NCBI GenBank assembly: GCA_041572755.1
Contig: JBFFRY010000010.1
Span: 2,269 to 66,268, forward strand
Source: Acidimicrobiia bacterium
GTDB taxonomy: Bacteria > Actinomycetota > Acidimicrobiia > Spongiisociales > UBA11373
Length of the DNA: 64,000 bases
Reading direction: 5' to 3'
Shown here: one piece after another, positions 54,404 through 64,000 of the stretch
How positions within the stretch are numbered: position 1 is the first letter of the stretch
How the letters are laid out: the number at the start of each line of letters is the position of its first letter
Translations under genes and position numbers: made by a program
The notes under the pieces: model-generated
Told to the model about the DNA's origin: nothing
The model's database searches: none
The model's input: only the letters and a program-made list of their open reading frames with translations

Positions 54404-54952
54404 GTGGAGGTTCGAGTCCACGGAAACCACACCACCATCGCTCCCGATCTTCGGGACCTCGCCGCGGACAAGGTGGCTCACGCCGCCCGGGTCTTCGACG
54501 ACGTGCTCTTCGCCGACGTCGAGTTCAGCGAGGAACAGAACCCCCGAATCGCCGACGGACGCTATCGCGTCGAGATCACCTCGACGGCGGCGGGTCAGGT
54601 GGTGCGGGTCGAGGCGGCGGCTTTCGACGAACGGGCCGCACTCGACACGGCAGTGGACAAGTACGAGCGGCAGTTGCGCCGGCTGAAGGAGCGTCTCATC
54701 ACCCGAGGTCGTCGTAGCAAACGGCTCAATGCGGCCCCCGAGGGCGTCGAAGAAGAGGGGGACATGATCGACGCGCACCGAATCGATCGGGTGAAGCGCT
54801 TCGACGTGAAGCCAATGACGCCTGAGGAGGCAGCCCTCCAAATGGACCTGCTGGAACACAACTTCTTTTTCTTCCTCAACGGGGAGACTGAGCGCTACGG
54901 CGTGCTGTACCGGCGACGGAACGGGTCCTTGGGGCTGATCGAGCCCCAGTGA
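54404..54952 (+). CDS. hpf: Ribosome hibernation promoting factor, long form
   Basis: EEQNPRIAD, RVEIT, ALDTAVDKYERQLRRLKER, RVKRF.VKPMTPEEAALQMDLLEHNFFFF, VLYRR. AAGGAG RBS. Confidence 0.92.
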   Translation: MEVRVHGNHTTIAPDLRDLAADKVAHAARVFDDVLFADVEFSEEQNPRIADGRYRVEITSTAAGQVVRVEAAAFDERAALDTAVDKYERQLRRLKERLITRGRRSKRLNAAPEGVEEEGDMIDAHRIDRVKRFDVKPMTPEEAALQMDLLEHNFFFFLNGETERYGVLYRRRNGSLGLIEPQ

Positions 54953-55596
54953 CCAGGGTCCTCGTCGTCGATGACGTCGAGCTGTTTCGACGAGGCCTCG
55001 GCTCGTCGCTGACCGCAGCCGGATTCGAGGTCTGCGGCGAGGCCAGCGACGGTGAAGGAGCGGTCTCGGCCGCCGAGCAGCTGCAGCCCGACATCGTGGT
55101 GCTCGACATCCTCATGCCGGGGCTGTCGGGTCTCGAGGTCGTCGAGAAGATCCTCGCCGTGAGTCCGGAGGCCACCATCCTGCTCCTCACCGCCAGCGAG
55201 TCGCAGGAGGACCTGATCGAAGGGATCCGGGCCGGGGTCCGCGGCTACATCATCAAGGACGCCCCCTTCGAGGAGCTGGTGAAGGCGATCGAGGACGTGA
55301 ATGCCGGTGGGGCCGTCGTGTCACCGAAGATGGCCGGCAAGCTCTTCGACGCACTCGCCCCGATGCTGCGCCACCACGACTTCACGGCCCCCCACAAACC
55401 GACGCTGACCGGGCGGGAGATCGAGGTCCTCGGCTACGTGGCCCAGGGAATGACCTCGAAACAGATCGGGCGCACCTTGTTCATCTCCGAGAACACGGTC
55501 AAGAACCACGTCCGCAACATCCTGGACAAGCTTGGCCTCCACTCCCGGAACGAGGCGGTGCTCTACGCCGTTCGCGAGAACCTGATCGAGTTGTGA
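54949..55596 (+). CDS. NarL/LuxR-family response regulator (orphan)
   Basis: VLVVDD, PDIVVLDILMP, GYIIK, LTGREIEVL, ISENTVKNHVRNILDKL. Confidence 0.92.
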   Translation: MTRVLVVDDVELFRRGLGSSLTAAGFEVCGEASDGEGAVSAAEQLQPDIVVLDILMPGLSGLEVVEKILAVSPEATILLLTASESQEDLIEGIRAGVRGYIIKDAPFEELVKAIEDVNAGGAVVSPKMAGKLFDALAPMLRHHDFTAPHKPTLTGREIEVLGYVAQGMTSKQIGRTLFISENTVKNHVRNILDKLGLHSRNEAVLYAVRENLIEL

Positions 55597-56612
55597 TCAT
55601 GGCGGGGCCTGGTGAACTCGCCGCCGAATCGTGGGACGGGGCCGGTGTCGTCCTCGAAACCCGTCTCGACGACCTTCCCCCGGAGTTGATCGCTCGCATC
55701 CGCGCCGAGGCCGTCTCCGATCCCGGCATGGCCGGTGTCGCAACCCTGCGGGACCTGCTCCGCATCGAGACCCGCGAAGCCCGCTTCAAGCGGGTGTTGC
55801 GGGTGTGGGAGGGGAAGGTCGTGGCCGCCCTTCGGGCTCGAGATCTCGCCGCCGCGGAAGCCTGGTTCAAGTCGGTGACGGTGCATCCCACCTTTCCCGG
55901 CGAGTTCGTGGCGCACGTGCAGCGGGCCTTTCAAGCCTTGGCCCGGCCGGCGGTCATCGATGATCTCCTGGAGTGGCTGGTCGCCGAGGAGAAGATCGAG
56001 GAGGGCGCCGCCCTCCTGGCGGCCTGGGGCGAACCGGTCGTCAACCGCATCGTGGAGTTGATGGCCATGGAAGAGCCGCCGATCAGCCGCCGGCACCAGG
56101 TGGATCTGCTGGCGGTGGTCGGTCGCTCGGACACCCGGCTGCTCATCATGCATCTCAACGATCGGCGTTGGTTCATCGCTCGCAACATGGCGATCGCCAT
56201 CGGTCGCACCGGGCGACTGCAGGGTGTGGGGCCGTTGCGGAGCCTGCTCAGTCATCCCGACCCCCGGGTGCGAGTCGAGGCTCTGCGGGGCGTGGCGGCG
56301 CTGGATTCGGACTTGGGATTGCCCGACATCGTCAAAGGCTTCCGGGACGACAACCCTCGGGTCCGCCAGGCCGCGGTGACCCTCCTCAGGGCTTCGCCGA
56401 ATCCGCAGGTGATTCCGGTGCTGGCCGGCCTCGTGGAGCGGGGCGGTTTGAGCGGCGCCGACAGCGAGCGCCTGGTCGAGGTGATCGCCGAGCGCAAGGG
56501 CCCGGAAGCGGAGGCTGCGCTGCGTCGCTTCGCCGAGCGCCGCTTCGCCCGGGGAGGGGCCCGAGCCGCCCGGGAGGCGGCTCGCAGGGCTCTGAAGGGG
56601 CGGACCTCATGA
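55593..56612 (+). CDS. HEAT repeat protein
   Basis: D.RWFIARN, HPDPRVRVEALRG, DDNPRVRQAAV. Confidence 0.8.
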   Translation: MIMAGPGELAAESWDGAGVVLETRLDDLPPELIARIRAEAVSDPGMAGVATLRDLLRIETREARFKRVLRVWEGKVVAALRARDLAAAEAWFKSVTVHPTFPGEFVAHVQRAFQALARPAVIDDLLEWLVAEEKIEEGAALLAAWGEPVVNRIVELMAMEEPPISRRHQVDLLAVVGRSDTRLLIMHLNDRRWFIARNMAIAIGRTGRLQGVGPLRSLLSHPDPRVRVEALRGVAALDSDLGLPDIVKGFRDDNPRVRQAAVTLLRASPNPQVIPVLAGLVERGGLSGADSERLVEVIAERKGPEAEAALRRFAERRFARGGARAAREAARRALKGRTS

Positions 56613-57898
56613 GCGAGTTGCTGGGACGGAACTTCCTTCGCGCCCTCCTCCAAGCCGGCCACCGGATCGAGGCCCATCCGGGGGGCCACCAATCAGTCGA
56701 TGATGCCCTCGTGGCCCTGGAGCGCGCCGTCGACGTGCTCACCTGCAACACGGAGGCCGTGACGTTGCGCATCACCGGGGACGCCTTCTCGCTCGACGGA
56801 CGAGTGCTGCCCCATGCCTCACTCGAGTTTCACGGCATGCTGCGCCACATGGAGGAGCGGGGAATCGGCGCCGTGACGGTGCATCGGGGCGCCCAGACGC
56901 GGGACCTGGCGGACCTCGCTGCGCTGGTGGGCGGCGTGTCGACCGATCTTCCCACCGGTGGCACCGTGGTGATCGATGAATTCGCCACACCCGAGCCCGG
57001 GGGTCCGCAGCCGCTCCAGGGTCTGAGACAGAGCTACGTCTCGTCTCTCGATGCGCTCGAAGCGTTCTCCCACGAAGGCGCCTTCAGCATGGCTTCGGTC
57101 ACGGAGATCGTCGACGGCTTCATCGAGGAGCGGGTGGGGCAGTCGCTCATGCTGGCAACGGTGCATTCCCTGGAACAGGCGACCCACTATCACTCGGTCA
57201 ACGTGTGTGTGCTCGCCCTGGCGCTGGGTCGCGCCATCGGTCTCGGGCGCGACGAGCTCACCAGGCTCGGCACCGGCGCCCTGCTGCACGACGTCGGCCG
57301 GGTCATCCTCGATGAGGCCGCCCTGACCAAGGCGGGCAGTCTGACTCGCGAGGAGTGGGCCCAGGTGCGCCTCCACCCCCAGGAGGGGGCGATGGCGGTT
57401 CTGGCGGCCGCTCGTCCGGGAGACGAGAGCGCGGCGCTGGTGGCGTTGGAGCACCACGCTCGGGTCGACGGCACCGGATACCCGGATCTCAAAGGCCGCA
57501 AGCTGCATCTCCACAGCAGGATCGTGGCGGTCGTCGACGCCTACGACGCCATCACGAGCCGCCGTCCTCACCGTCCGGCCCGGACCCCATCGGAGGCCCG
57601 CAACATCATCGTGGATGCAGCCGGCACCGCTTACGACCCCGACCTGGTGAGCGTCTTCGTGCACATGCTGGGTGAGTACCCGCCCGGCTCGCTGCTGCAG
57701 CTCGACACCGGCGAGGTGGTGATGGTGACGCCGGGGAAAGCCCGCGACCTGCACGGCGTGCTGGTCCGCGACATGGCCGGCGTCCTGGTCGAGGACCCCG
57801 AACCGGTTCGGCTGGCGGATCGCCGGGTGGTGGGCCAGCTGTTGGCCGAAGAGGCGGGTGTGGACCCCGCCGCGCTGCTCCACGTCGCCGACGGCTGA
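56609..57898 (+). CDS. HD-GYP domain cyclic-dinucleotide phosphodiesterase
   Basis: HSVNV, LLHDVG, HPQEG, EHHARVDGTGYP, VDAYDAITSRRPHR, G.YPPGS. Confidence 0.88.
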   Translation: MSELLGRNFLRALLQAGHRIEAHPGGHQSVDDALVALERAVDVLTCNTEAVTLRITGDAFSLDGRVLPHASLEFHGMLRHMEERGIGAVTVHRGAQTRDLADLAALVGGVSTDLPTGGTVVIDEFATPEPGGPQPLQGLRQSYVSSLDALEAFSHEGAFSMASVTEIVDGFIEERVGQSLMLATVHSLEQATHYHSVNVCVLALALGRAIGLGRDELTRLGTGALLHDVGRVILDEAALTKAGSLTREEWAQVRLHPQEGAMAVLAAARPGDESAALVALEHHARVDGTGYPDLKGRKLHLHSRIVAVVDAYDAITSRRPHRPARTPSEARNIIVDAAGTAYDPDLVSVFVHMLGEYPPGSLLQLDTGEVVMVTPGKARDLHGVLVRDMAGVLVEDPEPVRLADRRVVGQLLAEEAGVDPAALLHVADG

Positions 57899-58020
57899 CC
57901 TCGGACGCCGGACTCTCCCCGGCCCGTCACGCCGCCGTGCCGACCACCCGCACCGTGTCGCATCGACTCCAGCGCCCGTTCCCTTCGGGTCGTAAGGTGC
58001 GGCGGTCGAAGGGAGGCCGG

Positions 58021-58830
58021 TTGGAGCACCCGATCTGTGTGACCTGTGGCGTCCAGGCGCAGGAAGCAGCCGCCGTGTGCCGCATCTGCGCCGATGAACG
58101 CCAGTACGTCGGATGGGGGGGTCAGGCATGGACCACCCTGGCGGCGATGGGCGAAGCCGGTCATCGCAATCGGATCGAGGAGATCGAGCCGGGGCTGTGG
58201 GGCATCGGCACGGAGCCCCACTTCGCCATCGGGCAGCGCTCGTTGCTGGTGTGCACCCCGGTCGGCAATCTGCTGTGGGACGCCATCAGCTACCTCGACG
58301 ATGAGACCGTCGCGACCGTCGAGGAACTCGGCGGGATCGCCGCCGTGTCGGCCTCGCACCCGCACTTCTACGGCTCGATCGTGGAGTGGAGCAGGGCGTT
58401 CGGCGGGGCGCCCGTCTACTTGCCTGCGGCGGACCAGGAGTGGGTGGTGCGGCCCGATCCCGCCGTCGAGTTCTACGGCGACCGGGTGGAACCGATCGAG
58501 GGGCTCAGCCTGGTGCGCTGCGGCGGGCACTTCGAGGGCAGTGCGGTGGCCCACTGGCCCGATGGGGCCGAGGGGCGGGGTGTGCTGCTGGTGGGGGACA
58601 CGATCCAGGTGGTCTCCGATCGGCGCTACGTCAGCTTCATGCGCTCCTACCCGAACCTGATTCCGCTCGACGCGACCACCATCCGGGGGATCGTCGCCGC
58701 GGTGACGCCGCTGCCCTACGACCGCATCTATGGGGGATGGTGGGGGCGCAACGTTGCCGCGGGGGCACCCGCCGCAGTGGCAGAGTCGGCCCGGCGTTAC
58801 CTGGAGCGGATCGAAGGGCCCCCGGCCTGA
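58021..58830 (+). CDS. Metallo-beta-lactamase-fold protein with N-terminal Cys knuckle
   Basis: ICVTCGVQ...CRICADERQYV, FAIGQR, SHPHFY, GGHFEGS, SFMRSYPNLIPL. TTG start after GGGAGG. Confidence 0.83.
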   Translation: MEHPICVTCGVQAQEAAAVCRICADERQYVGWGGQAWTTLAAMGEAGHRNRIEEIEPGLWGIGTEPHFAIGQRSLLVCTPVGNLLWDAISYLDDETVATVEELGGIAAVSASHPHFYGSIVEWSRAFGGAPVYLPAADQEWVVRPDPAVEFYGDRVEPIEGLSLVRCGGHFEGSAVAHWPDGAEGRGVLLVGDTIQVVSDRRYVSFMRSYPNLIPLDATTIRGIVAAVTPLPYDRIYGGWWGRNVAAGAPAAVAESARRYLERIEGPPA

Positions 58831-58889
58831 GCGGTGCTCCGGTATTCGGGACGGCAGCGGTACGCTCGGGCAGCCGAACGGGAGCTGAT

Positions 58890-59507
58890 ATGCGACGGCT
58901 GGCAACGATCTTGGTCCTGACGACGTTGGTCGCAGCGTGCGGCGACGACGACGCGGCCGGGCCGGAGACGACGGCCACCGACGATGCGGCGATCACCACG
59001 GTGCCCACCACCCCACCGGCGCTTCCCGACGGCTGTGTGATGCCGCCCTTCGAGGTGGAGGTGCGGATCGCCGGGGAGGACCCGGCCGAGGTCCTCGAGG
59101 TGGTCGACGCAGCCGCGGTGCGCATCTCGGAGGGCAAGGCCTACACGGTCTACCTGGCGGATTTCGTGATGGACCGCGACGAGTCCATCTACGTATGGAG
59201 CCAGGAGCCGCCGCCGGGGGGAACGATCGTGCAGACCGGGCTCACGGTGTTCAACGCTGAGGACCCCGCCGCGGTGCCGGTCCTCCGGGGCGGTGAGACG
59301 GGCTTCGTCGATTGGCAGGCCGGCGAGTTGGCCGCATTCCTCACTGTGATCGCTGAGGGGGCCGCGGATTTCAGCGTCGAGATGACCGGGTCCGCAGAGC
59401 TGCTCCACGTCGACGATGCCCGGGTGTGCATCCGGGCCGATATCCGCAGCGAGCGCGGGTTCGAGTTCGCCGGCACCTATCTGGCCGAGATCGTCGACGA
59501 CTTCTGA
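58890..59507 (+). CDS. Hypothetical lipoprotein
   Basis: [17 protein letters not shown] lipobox followed by a Thr/Pro linker. Confidence 0.75.
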   Translation: MRRLATILVLTTLVAACGDDDAAGPETTATDDAAITTVPTTPPALPDGCVMPPFEVEVRIAGEDPAEVLEVVDAAAVRISEGKAYTVYLADFVMDRDESIYVWSQEPPPGGTIVQTGLTVFNAEDPAAVPVLRGGETGFVDWQAGELAAFLTVIAEGAADFSVEMTGSAELLHVDDARVCIRADIRSERGFEFAGTYLAEIVDDF

Positions 59508-59565
59508 TCCGGGCCCGGGGTTCGAGACCTCTTTCGCAGTACCCCCGCATCGATATCATGGCGCC

Positions 59566-62199
<2,634 letters not shown>

Positions 62200-62211
62200 T
62201 CTCCCTCCGCC

Positions 62212-62832
62212 TCACCGCCGGGTGAGGAGAAACACTGCGGTCCGCCACTGCTCGTAGTGGGCGAACATCTCGACCGCCCAGTTCTCCTTGAAGAGGCCCT
62301 CGAGTTCACCGGGGGCGATGTGGCTCATCTTCGAGGTCCCCGAGAAGCTGAAGCGGGGAAGCTCCTCGGTGATGCCGAAGAAGCAGTACTCGAGGAAGAG
62401 CGATCCGGGTCGGGACAGCCTGGTGACGGTCGCCGCCATCGCTCGACGGGCGTCTCCCCTCAGGTCGTCGAGGGTGCCGAAGTCGATGATGAAGTCGAAT
62501 GGCCCTTCGATGCCGGTGATGTCGGGCGCGGTGAGGTCGCCGACGACGAAGGTCGGCTCGACGCCGGCTCTCGCCGCCCGGGCGCGGGCCTTGCCTATCG
62601 CCACCTCTGAGAAGTCGACACCGTGGGCGTCGAATCCCTGCTGCTGCAGATACACCACGTTGGCACCCGTGCCGCACCCAAGGTCGATGGCGCGCGGGTG
62701 GGTCGCCGGGGACGCGTGTTGCTGCTCGAGGACGGCGGCGAGGTCCTGGCGGACACCGACCTTGTCCCACGGCGCCCAGAGCCGGTACATCCAGTCGTAG
62801 GTGCGCTTTCCGACCACCAGGGGGTCGATCAT
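62212..62832 (-). CDS. Class I SAM-dependent methyltransferase
   Basis: APWD, AIDLGCGTG, GVDFS..AI, FVVGDL, FDFIID.G. Confidence 0.85.
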   Translation of the reverse strand: MIDPLVVGKRTYDWMYRLWAPWDKVGVRQDLAAVLEQQHASPATHPRAIDLGCGTGANVVYLQQQGFDAHGVDFSEVAIGKARARAARAGVEPTFVVGDLTAPDITGIEGPFDFIIDFGTLDDLRGDARRAMAATVTRLSRPGSLFLEYCFFGITEELPRFSFSGTSKMSHIAPGELEGLFKENWAVEMFAHYEQWRTAVFLLTRR

Positions 62833-62872
62833 ACGGCGCTGTGGCCTGACGACACCCCTATCCTCACCACCG

Positions 62873-63974
62873 ATGGATCAGGATCCCCGCTCGGTCATCA
62901 AGGCCCTCCGTTCCCGGCTCGGCGACGCCCGGAGGTTCCTTTGACGTCGAAGGCAAGCTGACCGAGCTCGAGGAGCTCCGCAAGCAGGCCTCGGCTCCCG
63001 ATCTGTGGGACGACCAGCAGCGGGCCCTGATGGTGACCCGCCGCCTGGCGGCCCATGAGTCGATCGTCGAGCGCATCCAACGGCTCACCTCATCGCTGGA
63101 CGACGCCGAGGTCCTGCTGGATCTCGCCGCCGAGGAGGGCGACGATTCGGTCGTCGCCGAAGGGTCGGCGGAGCTGGAGGTGATCGATCGGGATCTCGCC
63201 GACCTGGAGCGGGAGAGCCTGTTCTTCGGGGAGTACGACGATCAGCCTGCCATCGTCTCGATCCACGCCGGAGCGGGCGGCGTCGACGCCGCCGACTGGG
63301 CCGAGATGATGCTGCGGATGTACCTCCGCTATCTCGAACGGATCGGCTTCGAGGTGGAGGTCGACGAGGTCCTCCCCTCCGAGGAGGCCGGCATCCGCTC
63401 GGCGACCCTCACGGTGCGGGGGGAGCACGCCTACGGGATCCTCGAATCGGAGCGGGGGGTGCACCGGCTGGTGCGGATCAGCCCGTTCGACGCCGCATCT
63501 CGTCGCCACACCTCGTTCGCCGGCGTCGATGTGATCCCCGAGGTGGCGGAGGCCGCGGTGGCGATCGACCCCGACGATCTCCGCATCGAGACGTTCCGTT
63601 CCTCGGGCGCCGGCGGTCAGCACGTCAACGTCACCGATTCGGCGGTGCGGATCACCCACGTCCCCACCGGGGTGGTGGTGGCGTGCCAGGCGGAGCGTTC
63701 CCAGCTGCAGAACCGCAACCGGGCCATGGCCCTGCTGGCGTCCCGCCTCGCCGAACTGGCCCGCCAGGAGCGTCAGGCGGAGCTCGAGGAGATCCGCGGC
63801 GAGCAGAACGAGGCCGCCTGGGGGCGGCAGATCCGCTCCTACGTGCTCCAGCCCTATCAGATGGTGAAGGATCTCCGCACCGACGTGGAGGTGGGCAACG
63901 TCCAAGGGGTCCTCGACGGTGATCTCGAGGCGTTCTCCGAGGCCTATCTGCAGTGGCGGCGGTCCAATGCCTGA
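62873..63974 (+). CDS. prfB: Peptide chain release factor 2 with programmed +1 frameshift
   Basis: 23 codons MDQD...RRFL, then CTT TGA C (62939-62945) with GGAGG 3 nt upstream. The +1 frame gives DLWDD, HRLVRISPFD, GAGGQHVN and IRSYVLQPY. Confidence 0.95.
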
Positions 63975-64000
63975 ATGGCGCTGGGTACGCGGGGCCCACG

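Overview
High-GC (roughly 70% by eye), gene-dense chromosomal segment, most consistent with an Actinomycetota genome of class Acidimicrobiia. This is inferred from the cofD/GT2/DUF5719/DUF3499/manB/Trm112/PGI-PMI/ahcY and comF/hpf/response regulator/secA syntenies, together with a retained prfB +1 frameshift. About 56 CDSs; no rRNA, tRNA, CRISPR array or mobile element was recognised. Left half, accessory metabolism: (1) a split methylmalonyl-CoA mutase; (2) a tungsten-type aldehyde oxidoreductase (AOR) island, in which two convergent AORs bracket a lipoprotein with a Moco-binding-like fold, a stand-alone TiaS-kinase-like protein, an ECF S-component-like membrane protein, a MoaD-MoeA fusion and a MoeA-PBP fusion; (3) an enolase-family/lhgO/aminotransferase/mmsA run; (4) a corrinoid methyltransferase-DUF1638-MetF module; (5) an ArcE/CpgS-family ATPase with an aminotransferase and a ureohydrolase; (6) acyl-CoA carboxylase genes split by an adhesin-like gene. 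Right half: cell-envelope glycosylation, F420 synthesis and housekeeping genes. The best candidate for an undescribed system is the putative pyranopterin/W-cofactor capture-and-salvage module at 5.1-10.3 kb. Other notable points: a structured RNA leader of hpf, an in-frame TAG inside secA, no whiB at its usual position, two apparent pseudoenzymes, and many leaderless or bidirectional promoters. All family calls come from motif recognition by eye; no database searches were run.
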